DNA of 64,000 nucleotides from an uncultured virus (IMG/VR IMGVR_UViG_3300004097_000004) (Duplodnaviria; Heunggongvirae; Uroviricota; Caudoviricetes; Schitoviridae). The position numbers and the translations under genes were made by a program. The stretch lies in the IMG/VR virus record IMGVR_UViG_3300004097_000004. The stretch is one strand, 5' to 3'. This document shows positions 1 to 9,431 of the stretch, in pieces (position 1 is the first letter of the stretch; every line of letters starts with the position of its first letter). The notes beneath the pieces are model-generated. The model had not been told where the DNA came from and ran no database searches. It worked only from the letters and a program-made list of their open reading frames with translations.

Positions 1-81
1 CCCCCCCCACTAATCACCATATAAAAAGGATTCTTACTCGTTCTCCGTAAAACGCTTTCACTGCCAACAAGTTGTCAGCTT

Positions 82-96
82 GGGCTATCGCCCTTT
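82..96 (+). promoter_or_regulatory. Putative hairpin promoter, class A (GGGC-TATC-GCCC-TTT)
   Basis: Motif recurs at 542-556 and 3257-3271, each time just upstream of an RBS/ORF; a hairpin followed by a template-strand A-run resembles N4 vRNAP promoters. Confidence 0.65.
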
Positions 97-131
97 CTGT
101 AGCAATGTTGCTAACCTATTGGAGTATTACC

Positions 132-344
132 ATGCAAATGTTATCTGACCTATTCAAAATGCTTAGCTCTTTGTTCCGCATCGTTACTAAAGTCACCACG
201 CCTTTAGAAATCCTTGTGGATCAAACCACTTACAACCTAAGTGAGAGCCGTGACGAAGCAGCTCAGAAGCTAATCGCCAGTCGTAAAGCTCGCAAGATTG
301 ACCAGAAAACATTGGATCAATTAAACAAAGATATCTTCGGTTAA
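132..344 (+). CDS. Early hypothetical protein (70 aa)
   Basis: GGAG RBS at 121 favours ATG132 over the upstream TTG; follows the class A hairpin. Confidence 0.7.
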   Translation: MQMLSDLFKMLSSLFRIVTKVTTPLEILVDQTTYNLSESRDEAAQKLIASRKARKIDQKTLDQLNKDIFG

Positions 345-541
345 GTGTTAACGATCATTGGCCTTATGGTCAGTGATCCACTACAACACAAGTACACAAC
401 AACACAAGCTCGTGACAGTACAGGTGGGCTAGCGTAGCTTACAACTATTCCCCAAATCTGTATTCTACGGGAGAGCACATCTGTCCCTCGCTAGACTGTA
501 CATCTACAACTATGTGAGTTGGTATTCTAGGTAATCCTTCG

Positions 542-556
542 GGGCTATCGCCCTTT
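542..556 (+). promoter_or_regulatory. Putative hairpin promoter, class A
   Basis: GGGCTATCGCCCTTT, identical to 82-96. Confidence 0.65.
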
Positions 557-596
557 GAGTAGAACAATCTCGTTCTAACTTATAAGGAATATCATC

Positions 597-875
597 ATGG
601 CTCGCAACGTAAACAAAGCATCAGCAGCAAACGACAGCACTCAAGAGAAATCTATCCATTGGGTTAATCTCTATCGTAAAGGTGCAGAACGTCATCCAGT
701 TAACTCAATTGGAGGCTTTCCTATTGACCATTGCCCTGATTATGTTCAGGCATGTCAAGCATCGGAAGCATTTGTTCAGAATGCATTCGGTTCAGCAATC
801 GCAGACGCTTATTACAACCAGTCTGGTGTTAGTGCTAAAGAAGCTATCACTCAGGATTTATCAGCCTTCATGTAA
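597..875 (+). CDS. Early protein (position resembles the N4 gp1/gp2 early genes)
   Basis: Strong AAGGA RBS and downstream of a hairpin; function inferred from position only. Confidence 0.7.
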   Translation: MARNVNKASAANDSTQEKSIHWVNLYRKGAERHPVNSIGGFPIDHCPDYVQACQASEAFVQNAFGSAIADAYYNQSGVSAKEAITQDLSAFM

Positions 876-1276
876 ACCTGACACCACTCTTACGGCTAAC
901 TGTGCACTCGCATGGTTAGTCCGTATTTCGTTATCACACAACTTTAGAGAGTAAAAGACATGAACATACATGAGAATAGACTTGAAGCCACTGTAGAGCC
1001 AATCAGCATGGATACAGAGCTTCTATTATGGTTAGCCACCATTGAACTACACCTTGAAACTGTACTTACTAAATAGGAATCTACCTAATGCATACATTTA
1101 ATATTATCACCCGTTGTGCTGTTCACACCCAATACGTAGCACTATCATCATTCGCAGCAGCTAAGATGGCTCGTGATGATGGATGGGTAGTTATGGCTGT
1201 CTACAGAGTGTAATACCAACGGCTACATACAATAGTGTGTGTAGCCACCTAATCCAATAAAACTAAGGATAGTACA

Positions 1277-1558
1277 ATGACTTCAGATAGTATGATTAAA
1301 GAAGTAGTAGCTGAGTTAATTGCAGCTCAAGTACACGGTCAGTGGCCTCAACAGAAAGCAATTAAGTTCCACGAAAACGGTAAAATAGCTACTAACATTA
1401 GACTTGATGTGTCAGAAGCTGATGAGTGTTCATACATTAATGGTTACTTAGTAATGCACGTAAAACCTAATGCTAAAACACTATTGCACAGTGAAACTGA
1501 GTACACTGAATTAGCAAGACCTATACTGATCACCCAAAAGGAAGTTAAACATGATTAA
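1277..1558 (+). CDS. Hypothetical protein
   Basis: ORF with AAGGA RBS. Confidence 0.65.
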   Translation: MTSDSMIKEVVAELIAAQVHGQWPQQKAIKFHENGKIATNIRLDVSEADECSYINGYLVMHVKPNAKTLLHSETEYTELARPILITQKEVKHD

Positions 1559-1723
1559 AGCATTCACAATCCTAATCCTATTCACTGTACTCAGTGCATG
1601 TACAGCAGTGGATAAAGAGTTCACGAATAGTGACGCACGTATTGCATTACACAAGGTGGAATTAGAGGGGTATTAACCTCTCTAGTTCGTAGAGCAAAGA
1701 CAGTAAACGCATGGAGTAATACT

Positions 1724-1987
1724 ATGTATAAGCCACCATCATTTAGCGCACAAGATATAATGGGTAATAGTAACCATGATATATCTAAAGGTAACGTTAA
1801 GACCTTAGCTCGTAAGCTATTCAAGAGTTATGTAGACAATGCAGATATTAAGCTAATACTTACTAACTTACCTTATGGTAAGTCCATAGAAGAGCACCAC
1901 AAGATAGTTAACTATGAATTAACAGATGATCTCTTACTAGAGATAGTTGAATTAATAAGACTTAAACGCTTAGATGAAATCCTATAA
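1724..1987 (+). CDS. C-terminal LxxLDxxL-tail family protein 1
   Basis: Ends IRLKRLDEIL; GGAG RBS. Confidence 0.8.
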   Translation: MYKPPSFSAQDIMGNSNHDISKGNVKTLARKLFKSYVDNADIKLILTNLPYGKSIEEHHKIVNYELTDDLLLEIVELIRLKRLDEIL

Positions 1988-1999
1988 GGAAACCAAAGC

Positions 2000-2197
2000 A
2001 TGCTTACAGTTATAGTAAAAGGTGCATTCACAGGTAAGAGATATATAGCCACTGTTAGAATTGGTACTGTTGATGTAGATGTATCTCACTTACCAGTCAT
2101 AGGTGAGACAAGAGCTGACATAGACAAGGCACTAATAGCTGCTGCTAAAGAAGAGATATTCTTAGCGGGCTTGAAATCAATGGGTAATAAACCATGA
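2000..2197 (+). CDS. Hypothetical protein
   Basis: ORF with AAGGA RBS. Confidence 0.65.
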   Translation: MLTVIVKGAFTGKRYIATVRIGTVDVDVSHLPVIGETRADIDKALIAAAKEEIFLAGLKSMGNKP

Positions 2198-2280
2198 ATA
2201 AAAATGCAGAGATGTCTAGTGAGTTGAAGACCATGCTAATAGAGGCATTAAGACTCCACGATTTAGATAGAATGTTATAG
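2194..2280 (+). CDS. Micro-protein (28 aa), LxxLDxxL-tail family protein 2
   Basis: Hand translation MNKNAEMSSELKTMLIEALRLHDLDRML*; ATGA overlap with the upstream stop; below the ORF-track cutoff. Confidence 0.7.
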   Translation: MNKNAEMSSELKTMLIEALRLHDLDRML

Positions 2281-2281
2281 A

Positions 2282-2299
2282 GCGCACTGGTGCGCTTTT
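2282..2299 (+). promoter_or_regulatory. Putative hairpin promoter, class B (GCGCAC-TG-GTGCGC-TTTT)
   Basis: Related hairpins at 4557, 7895, 37962 and 41402, all intergenic and upstream of RBSs. Confidence 0.6.
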
Positions 2300-2322
2300 A
2301 CCCGATCATTGAGGATATCAAC

Positions 2323-2811
2323 ATGAACAGTAAACAGAAAAAGCTACTAATTCAAGGCTTGAGAGAGATCAAGCCAGATACTAAAAATATTCCATTAGTG
2401 GCTAGCAAAATCATCAATAAGTATGAGGTTACACACGATCAGAAATTAGACCTGAAAAGATTACTACGCATTGTTGTGAGTCCTGAAGACTGTGCTAGTG
2501 ATTACAAACTGCTGCTTAAAACAATAGAAGCAGTAGAGTCACTAGACGCTATTGACCCACCTATGAGTGCTTATGTAGTCTCTCTTGCAGGAAATAAGAG
2601 TGCTATGTATTTGTATACAGATGAGTATAGCTCAATACCTAGTGGTCATTGGACTGAGTATTATACCCAACCTTTACAGCTAATAGTCTATGCCACCTCA
2701 ACTGAACAGGCACAGGAGATGGTTGAAGAAATAATAGTTAAAGATAAGTCACTAGAAAGATACAGTGATTATTCTGTTATAGCCGTCACTCAATCCCTCA
2801 AACTTGAATAG
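2323..2811 (+). CDS. Hypothetical protein
   Basis: GAGG RBS before ATG2323; the track's GTG start lies inside the hairpin. Confidence 0.7.
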   Translation: MNSKQKKLLIQGLREIKPDTKNIPLVASKIINKYEVTHDQKLDLKRLLRIVVSPEDCASDYKLLLKTIEAVESLDAIDPPMSAYVVSLAGNKSAMYLYTDEYSSIPSGHWTEYYTQPLQLIVYATSTEQAQEMVEEIIVKDKSLERYSDYSVIAVTQSLKLE

Positions 2812-2913
2812 CTATTAAACCATGGATATCTCTAAGCTTTTGGGTGAACTACATGAATCTGCCGTAGACCGTTACGGTGCTATACAGATTATCTGTATCA
2901 AGGAGTAAAAACA

Positions 2914-3240
2914 ATGGCTAAAAATGGGTTAGGTATAGTAGTAAATGCTGTGTATAAAAGACCATCATTTGAACCTGCTGCCGATGTATTGAACACTATG
3001 CTATCTTACAGCTACCTGATTGATATCAACAGCGCAGACACAAATGCAATCATTAATGGTATGTTCGCTCAGTTTATATTTGAAACCACAAACAACTTAA
3101 TACGTTCAGATAATACAAAAGAGTTCATAGAGTCTGAGCGTGAATTAATCAAAAGACAAGGTGAACTAGGGCCTTCACCCGCTTTAAGGAAAGCAGTAAG
3201 AAGTGAAATAGAATTAATGAAAATAGATGAAATACTGTAG
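2914..3240 (+). CDS. LxxLDxxL-tail family protein 3
   Basis: Ends IELMKIDEIL; shares YKxPSF with 1724..1987. Confidence 0.8.
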   Translation: MAKNGLGIVVNAVYKRPSFEPAADVLNTMLSYSYLIDINSADTNAIINGMFAQFIFETTNNLIRSDNTKEFIESERELIKRQGELGPSPALRKAVRSEIELMKIDEIL

Positions 3241-3256
3241 TTTAGTTGGGTGCTTG

Positions 3257-3271
3257 GGGCTAACGCCCTTT
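3257..3271 (+). promoter_or_regulatory. Putative hairpin promoter, class A
   Basis: GGGCTAACGCCCTTT, a loop variant of 82-96. Confidence 0.6.
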
Positions 3272-3303
3272 GTGCCCTATGTGTTTAAACAAAAGGAAAT
3301 GAT

Positions 3304-3495
3304 ATGAAACCATCTAAGCAAAGAAAGATGTTGAGAGCAATACAGTCAGACAAGTCACGTAGACGTAATGACAAGCAAGAGATGTTTGATAGACAGACTA
3401 AAGTGATGAATGCTTATGACCCTGAGAGAAAGTTCCGTAGGTATCTCAGAGGTCAGAACATAGACGGTAGAATACACTCAGGATACTGGTGGTGA
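3304..3495 (+). CDS. Basic hypothetical protein
   Basis: AAGGA RBS; Arg/Lys-rich. Confidence 0.65.
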   Translation: MKPSKQRKMLRAIQSDKSRRRNDKQEMFDRQTKVMNAYDPERKFRRYLRGQNIDGRIHSGYWW

Positions 3496-3497
3496 TT

Positions 3498-3746
3498 ATG
3501 GATGAACTAGACCTGTATGACACAGACAGTTTAGCTGAGTACCTAATGAAGAACCACAGAGATACTGGAGCACCTTTGGCTATTGAGGTCAGAGCTATTA
3601 TTACAAGTGCATTGATAACATCAGCAAGCCACAATAGATACGCAGACATACCTAAGATGCGTGCTCAGATGATGGATATGTATCCCGGTATATACCCTAA
3701 AATCACAGAGCTAGTACGGCTCAAGAGGTTGGATAAAATACTATGA
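3498..3746 (+). CDS. LxxLDxxL-tail family protein 4
   Basis: Ends VRLKRLDKIL. Confidence 0.8.
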   Translation: MDELDLYDTDSLAEYLMKNHRDTGAPLAIEVRAIITSALITSASHNRYADIPKMRAQMMDMYPGIYPKITELVRLKRLDKIL

Positions 3747-4024
3747 CTACTCACTTAGATACCGTAGTACAGAATATAGACACCATACTTGCACCTATAA
3801 AACGTAAATCATTGTATGCGCAAGAAGATGAATTACTTAGTGATTTCTCACATAGAGTATTGGTATATCACCTGTATCATTATGCTGATGAAGCAGGTGT
3901 GGTATTCCATGATAGGTCACGATACGTATCGCACTGCTTGGCAGAGATGCTACCTGAAATGCAAGAAATAGTAGCGTACATATCAGAAGAAATATCACTT
4001 ATATTAATGGACAATTTACTATGA
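3743..4024 (+). CDS. LxxLDxxL-tail family protein 5
   Basis: Ends ISLILMDNLL; ATGA-coupled to the upstream gene. Confidence 0.8.
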   Translation: MTTHLDTVVQNIDTILAPIKRKSLYAQEDELLSDFSHRVLVYHLYHYADEAGVVFHDRSRYVSHCLAEMLPEMQEIVAYISEEISLILMDNLL

Positions 4025-4554
4025 GAACAGATAAGCACCACATACAAGCTATGCTTAAATTTAGTGTACTTTTACATATGCACCGTAACAATCAAAGTGT
4101 AGTGACAACTCTAATGCAGAAATATGTAGATAGTCCAGATTACTTTCACAACGTGCATAATACTTTTGGTCCAATACCTAGAATTACACGTATAGAGAAT
4201 CTGCTAACTAATAGTCCTAAGCTGTACAAGAAATTATTAAAAGCTGTAGACAAGCTACGTATTGATACTATGATATCTCCAGAGCGTATATCAACACCCT
4301 CTCAATTAGACGTATCTAATATACTAGAGCAGCTTGAAAGTAGTAAGTATACAACAGACCAATTGGAGTTATTTATACCCTCTAAAATACAAGGCAAAAT
4401 TGAAGAGCACTTGCGTTTCTTAGAGTTATCAGAACCTTTTGACTATAGCAAGTGGTACGATACTAAACACTCTCTTAATGCTGTAGATAAGACACCTCTA
4501 GTAGATGCTGTCATGGATGCATACAAGCTCATTCAGTTAGACAATATCCTGTAA
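4021..4554 (+). CDS. LxxLDxxL-tail family protein 6 (double-length)
   Basis: Ends YKLIQLDNIL; internal degenerate copy VDKLRIDTMI near the midpoint. Confidence 0.8.
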   Translation: MRTDKHHIQAMLKFSVLLHMHRNNQSVVTTLMQKYVDSPDYFHNVHNTFGPIPRITRIENLLTNSPKLYKKLLKAVDKLRIDTMISPERISTPSQLDVSNILEQLESSKYTTDQLELFIPSKIQGKIEEHLRFLELSEPFDYSKWYDTKHSLNAVDKTPLVDAVMDAYKLIQLDNIL

Positions 4555-4556
4555 GG

Positions 4557-4575
4557 GCGCACTCTGCGCTGTATT
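4557..4575 (+). promoter_or_regulatory. Putative hairpin promoter, class B
   Basis: GCGCA-CTC-TGCGC, intergenic, upstream of the RNAP1 operon. Confidence 0.55.
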
Positions 4576-4701
4576 TGAAACCAAACATTAAGGACTTAAA
4601 GATGGGTAAACTAGATGTACTACTGCTGTTGCTTGTGGCTACTATTGTGGTGGCCTATGCAGCTTGCTTAATATTCCCAATGTTCACATAAGGATTAAAC
4701 C

Positions 4702-5013
4702 ATGTTAGATAAAGAGAAGATACTTGAACTAGTGCATAAGGCTGATAAGAAGCGTGACGAGGCTAACAGACTACTTGAAACAACACCCACACCTTTAAAC
4801 CAGACATACCTAAAGCGTGTGCAATATATACAGTCTCACTTAGAGCTGTTGGAGTTAGTACCCGATGTAGGAGTAGTAGCTCACCTACAGAAAGTATTGC
4901 CTGAGTATCTATGGGATATTGAGATCGCTAAAGAGTATGGTAAATACTACTATGATAAAGCCAAGCGTTATGCGGGTGAGGTAGAAGAGTTAAACGAATT
5001 ATTAGACAAGTAA
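4702..5013 (+). CDS. Hypothetical protein
   Basis: ORF with AAGGA RBS. Confidence 0.7.
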   Translation: MLDKEKILELVHKADKKRDEANRLLETTPTPLNQTYLKRVQYIQSHLELLELVPDVGVVAHLQKVLPEYLWDIEIAKEYGKYYYDKAKRYAGEVEELNELLDK

Positions 5014-5041
5014 ATTAATCCCACATAAATAAGGGTAGAAC

Positions 5042-5968
5042 ATGATACGTATAAGTCAGATTAAGATGGAACACCTACTGCACGTACAGCATGTAGAGGA
5101 GAAAGTTAAACAAGAGCTTATTGCTGACCTATACCCACAAGTAGCAAGAGGTGTAGAAGTCTACTCAGAATGGCTAGCAGATACTAAGTGGGAATCCCAT
5201 GAACGTAGGAAGGATGCCATAAGACATATGGATAGAGAGTCAGTAGTAATCAAAGTGCTGACTAAAATATCACGTAATTGTATGAAAGCTCTACCTCTAG
5301 TCAGCATAGCAGGTATGATTAATCTATCTCCTGAATTGGATAAACTAGATAGTATCCAACTCTCATGTGATTTAATAGCTCTATTACAGCCTACAGACCT
5401 CTACAACGTTGAGAAATCTGCCGGAGGTACACAGGTGGTGTATACAACAATAGAGCTGTCAGAGAGCCTTGTGAGACAGATCAGAGTAGGTTGTTATCTA
5501 CCACCTATGATAGAGAAACCACAACGTATCACAAAGAATGATCAGTCAGGCTATTTGACTATCAACAAAGACAGTATGGTACTAGGAGGTGAGTACAATC
5601 AGCACAACGGTAACATCAGTCTTGATGTAATCAACAAGCTAAATGCTAATGAGTACGAGCTAGACACATTCATAACGCAGGAAGGTAAACCATGGCACAG
5701 GGAGTATTTGACACCATTGGATATTTACTGCCTTCGTGAAGCAGACAGGGAGATATACCGCAATGAACTAATCACACGTGAATTATACTTAGAGCAATTC
5801 AATTACCTAAAGACTCTGCTAGCTGAGCGTACACTATGGTTCAACCATAAGCCTGATAAGCGTGGCAGACTGTATTGTCAGGGTTATCACTTCAACACAC
5901 AGGGTAGCTCATACGAAAAAGCAGCAATCAATCTTAAACATAAAGAGTTAATTACTGGAGAATTATAA
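5042..5968 (+). CDS. N4-like RNA polymerase II subunit 1 (gp15-like)
   Basis: T7-type DKRGRLY motif and PPMIEKP; size and position match. Confidence 0.9.
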   Translation: MIRISQIKMEHLLHVQHVEEKVKQELIADLYPQVARGVEVYSEWLADTKWESHERRKDAIRHMDRESVVIKVLTKISRNCMKALPLVSIAGMINLSPELDKLDSIQLSCDLIALLQPTDLYNVEKSAGGTQVVYTTIELSESLVRQIRVGCYLPPMIEKPQRITKNDQSGYLTINKDSMVLGGEYNQHNGNISLDVINKLNANEYELDTFITQEGKPWHREYLTPLDIYCLREADREIYRNELITRELYLEQFNYLKTLLAERTLWFNHKPDKRGRLYCQGYHFNTQGSSYEKAAINLKHKELITGEL

Positions 5969-6141
5969 TGAAAGCATACAAACAATTAATGGCAGCACAG
6001 TTACTAGCAACATTTCAAATGACATCAGTAACTTCACCCTTTGGTTTACCAAGAACCAAGAAGCGTAAGGTGTATCAGGTGTACAACACCAACCAAGAGC
6101 AGGCAAGACGCTTAAAGCAACGTAATAAATAAGGGTTAGTT

Positions 6142-6456
6142 ATGCCTAAGAAAAATGTATTAAAGTTTTCAGATGAGCAGATACTAAAACTAGCTAAAAA
6201 TAAGTTAGGGTTTTTAGTTAATAGACACAATTCTAAAGATAGTGTAAATAACTCAAGAGCCTACAAACTACATAAAAAAGGTTATCTAACCTTTGGACAG
6301 TACGACAGTGCTCATAGGCAATACTGCTTAACTGATGATGGTAAAGAGTATCTTGAAGAACTACAGAAACAGTCAGAATCCTTAATGGGTAGTTCAGATG
6401 GACTTACTAACCTAGCTCCACACATACGGATACCTAAACTAAGACCGTTCAAATAA
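6142..6456 (+). CDS. Hypothetical protein (possible winged-helix)
   Basis: L..KGYL...Y.LT..GKEYL pattern. Confidence 0.55.
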   Translation: MPKKNVLKFSDEQILKLAKNKLGFLVNRHNSKDSVNNSRAYKLHKKGYLTFGQYDSAHRQYCLTDDGKEYLEELQKQSESLMGSSDGLTNLAPHIRIPKLRPFK

Positions 6457-6530
6457 CCCTCACTAGGTGGCTTAGCGTAAGCGGGGCCACCGACACCTAA
6501 TCAATCTCACATAAATAAGAGAGTCATACA

Positions 6531-7724
6531 ATGTTCAATACTTATACCCCAATGCAGTACCTAGCCATTGATATCGCTAATCATTATGGTCTAGACAAGG
6601 AAGTCTATGAAGTACGTATCCAATGGGTTAAAGACAACATAGATAAATTAGAAGAACTGGATGTTGATGCAGATGAGCCAATCCTATACAGAAAGGCAGG
6701 CAATGCTCTACGTATGACCCAACAGGGACTTCCTACAGGACACACAACAGCTTTAGATGCTGTATGTAGTGGATTGCAGCTTATGTCTGTTGTAATGGGC
6801 TGTAAGGCAGGCTGTGCACTCACAGGCCTGATCCATTCAGATGTACGTACGGATGCATACACACTAATCACCCAAGCCATGAACAGAAAGGTATTTGTAG
6901 AGGTGACACGTAAGCAGGCTAAGTCAGCTGTTATGAAAGGCTTATATGGCTCACTAGCAGCACCTAAAGAGGTATTTGGTGACTTAACCCCTCTGTTCTA
7001 TGAAACTCTTAATGAAGAGTGTCCAGGAGCTATGGACTTACTAGAAATGCTTAGAGCAGCATGGAGTGACAAGGTAGACCGTAACTCATGGCAGTTACCT
7101 GATGGGTACTTAGCCATGGTGCCGATCACTCAGAAAGTAGAGTCACGTATCCATGTGGCACAATTGAAATACACGCCTGTAGTCACACACAGTGTTGTAA
7201 CCCCATTAGAGCAAGGTGTAAGCCTTATCGCTAATGTAGTGCATAGTATTGATGCATACGTACTTAGAACTATGGTACGTAGACTGAACTACAGCCCTAA
7301 AATGGTACGTATGCTACTACACACTTTAAAACGTTTTGACGGTGTATACAGAGATTGTGACTCTAACTATCTTGATGTATGGAATGACACTGGCATAGTT
7401 GATATGACTGTCATTGAAGCAACAGACCGTGAGATATATGGTTTCCCTGCCGATATGCGTGAGAAACTTATCAGCATGTTAGAGATGTGTTTAGAACATA
7501 AACCATTTGAATTAGTACTTATTCATGACTCATTCGCTTGTCACCCAAACAACTGCAATCAATTACGTAAGACTTATGCCAACATACTTGCAGACTTGTG
7601 TGACAGCACATTGATTGATGACTTATTAAACCAAGTATATCAGTCAGCTGATGTAGTACAGAAGTACGGCAACACTAAAGAACTAGCAGCAACTATTCGT
7701 CAATCAAATTATGGAATTAGTTAA
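6531..7724 (+). CDS. N4-like RNA polymerase II subunit 2 (gp16-like)
   Basis: Motif A LDAVCSGLQ, motif B RKQAKSAVMKGLYGS, HSIDA, motif C IHDSF. Confidence 0.93.
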   Translation: MFNTYTPMQYLAIDIANHYGLDKEVYEVRIQWVKDNIDKLEELDVDADEPILYRKAGNALRMTQQGLPTGHTTALDAVCSGLQLMSVVMGCKAGCALTGLIHSDVRTDAYTLITQAMNRKVFVEVTRKQAKSAVMKGLYGSLAAPKEVFGDLTPLFYETLNEECPGAMDLLEMLRAAWSDKVDRNSWQLPDGYLAMVPITQKVESRIHVAQLKYTPVVTHSVVTPLEQGVSLIANVVHSIDAYVLRTMVRRLNYSPKMVRMLLHTLKRFDGVYRDCDSNYLDVWNDTGIVDMTVIEATDREIYGFPADMREKLISMLEMCLEHKPFELVLIHDSFACHPNNCNQLRKTYANILADLCDSTLIDDLLNQVYQSADVVQKYGNTKELAATIRQSNYGIS

Positions 7725-7894
7725 TATGATATATGCACAGAAATCTTACCGTTCAACTGAAACAGATGAAATTGTATTTGTATATGATGTAAAGAAGGAC
7801 ACTGTATATTACGAAGACAGCAAAGGTAATATACAAACCCCTTCATTTATATACGATTTTCATGATGAGTTTGTACCAGTGAATTAATTACAGG

Positions 7895-7917
7895 GCGCAC
7901 CTGTGCGCTGTTTCGCT
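7895..7917 (+). promoter_or_regulatory. Putative hairpin promoter, class B
   Basis: GCGCAC-CT-GTGCGC followed by TGTTTCGCT. Confidence 0.6.
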
Positions 7918-7941
7918 CATTCTATTAATAAGGTAAAGACT

Positions 7942-8286
7942 ATGATGGACAATAAATTAGGTAAAATCAGTAAAGCCAGTTTTGGCATAGGTGCTTATAA
8001 TGACACTATGTTAGGGCTACATTTAGAATTGTCATTTAATGGTGGCTCTTCAGGCACTATGACTTCACACTCTATATTGGATTTTAACCGTGTTGAACAT
8101 ACTGAACACACTAAGTGGACAGAAGAAGATCGTGCACAGCAAGCTGTTGAAGTCCTAAAGCACTTGTCAGATACTTTGAAATATGCCAAAGTAAATACTG
8201 TAGAACAGTTGGTAGGCATACCTATCAGAGGACACTTTGATGGTAATACACTACGATCTTGGAGCGTTCTTACTGAAGTTCTCTAA
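7942..8286 (+). CDS. Hypothetical phage protein
   Basis: AAGGT RBS before ATG7942. Confidence 0.7.
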   Translation: MMDNKLGKISKASFGIGAYNDTMLGLHLELSFNGGSSGTMTSHSILDFNRVEHTEHTKWTEEDRAQQAVEVLKHLSDTLKYAKVNTVEQLVGIPIRGHFDGNTLRSWSVLTEVL

Positions 8287-8356
8287 GGCAAAGTATATTA
8301 GGTATCGCAGGTTTCATGGTTATAGACTATCTGAATACACTCAGGAATTTATAACT

Positions 8357-8512
8357 ATGAACCGTAATCTATACCAAAAAATTTCAGACCACTTTAGTCA
8401 GACAGACAGTGAAAAAGAACAGTCAAGAGAAGATGAAATAAACGAGCTACTGTCTGATATAGACATACCTATGGACACTTATGATGATGAGTTATTTATA
8501 ACCTATACATAG
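8357..8512 (+). CDS. Small acidic hypothetical protein
   Basis: AGGA RBS before ATG8357. Confidence 0.5.
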   Translation: MNRNLYQKISDHFSQTDSEKEQSREDEINELLSDIDIPMDTYDDELFITYT

Positions 8513-8530
8513 TGTTAAACACTTACTTAG

Positions 8531-8560
8531 AGACAGCCTTATGGCTGTCTTTTTTCTTTT
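8531..8560 (+). terminator. Rho-independent terminator
   Basis: AGACAGCC-TTAT-GGCTGTCT followed by a T-run. Confidence 0.8.
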
Positions 8561-8575
8561 ATGGAACATTAAAAA

Positions 8576-8953
8576 ATGCCTATTTTAAATATTACCCGCC
8601 ACAAAGCTACTCAAGGTCAATTGGATGACGGAGTAGTTGATCTACCTGAGTACATCATTGACCGTATCAACCGCTTATGTACTTTTCAACCTATCCCTAC
8701 ACTTCAAGAGCTGCGTATCTGTGCAGAGAAAGTGGTGGATATTCTTGAAGAACTTAACCACCCAGACGTAGATGGTGTCATGTGCGGTGGTGCCCCATAT
8801 TTTAATGCCATCTTAGACCGAGCACTAATTAGCCGTGGTTTCGTACCACATTACCCATTCACAGTCCGTAACTACATTCACACTAAAGCCATTAATGGTA
8901 AGACTACGCAAGAAGCAGTGTATGTACATATGGGCTTAGTAAAGACAGCATAG
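8576..8953 (+). CDS. Small Csx20/CARF-like Rossmann protein, candidate cyclic-oligoadenylate ring nuclease
   Basis: Motif order LNITRH..T.GQ / VDLP / FQPIP / MCGG / GFVPHYPFTVR / YVH resembles Csx20-type stand-alone CARF proteins (recalled pattern). Confidence 0.45.
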   Translation: MPILNITRHKATQGQLDDGVVDLPEYIIDRINRLCTFQPIPTLQELRICAEKVVDILEELNHPDVDGVMCGGAPYFNAILDRALISRGFVPHYPFTVRNYIHTKAINGKTTQEAVYVHMGLVKTA

Positions 8954-8960
8954 GCCTTAT

Positions 8961-9146
8961 ATGAACATCAACGAAGCAGAACCAACGTACAACTGTGATG
9001 AATTACTCCAACAGTGTGAAGCAGACTTGGAGTATGCATCAAGCAAAGACTTTCAGATGTTACAACACCGTATTGAAGTCTTAACACACTTAGTGAACTG
9101 TGGTATCCAATACACCACACTCGCTCAATTAAACCAAATTCATTAA
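8961..9146 (+). CDS. Hypothetical protein
   Basis: ORF within an operon. Confidence 0.55.
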   Translation: MNINEAEPTYNCDELLQQCEADLEYASSKDFQMLQHRIEVLTHLVNCGIQYTTLAQLNQIH

Positions 9147-9156
9147 GGAATTAATT

Positions 9157-9369
9157 ATGTCTAGACCAAAGAAGGGTACTAAGTATGTAGTAAGTGTCTG
9201 TGATAGTCACCACCCAGAATTACAAGTAGGTAAGGAACACACAATAGTTGCTTATTCAGGTTCTAACTACACATTGAATACCGGTTGGTATTCACGAATT
9301 GATAACGGTGATATGCTCATTTCAGGTGGTAATACTATATACGCCATTTTAGAGATAACTGACACCTAA
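9157..9369 (+). CDS. Hypothetical protein
   Basis: AAGGA RBS. Confidence 0.6.
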   Translation: MSRPKKGTKYVVSVCDSHHPELQVGKEHTIVAYSGSNYTLNTGWYSRIDNGDMLISGGNTIYAILEITDT

Positions 9370-9431
9370 CACTTGCCAAAAACGTGTTTTGACCTGACAA
9401 CCCCCTAACATCTAACTAAGAGAGATTTAGC

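Noticed and set aside
378..410. Short CA-rich repeats as a CRISPR or mini-array
   Set aside because: Only two short imperfect units, with no regular repeat-spacer structure.
682..954. Overlapping 90-aa ORF
   Set aside because: Out-of-frame overlap with the better-supported 597..875 gene; GTG start without a convincing RBS.
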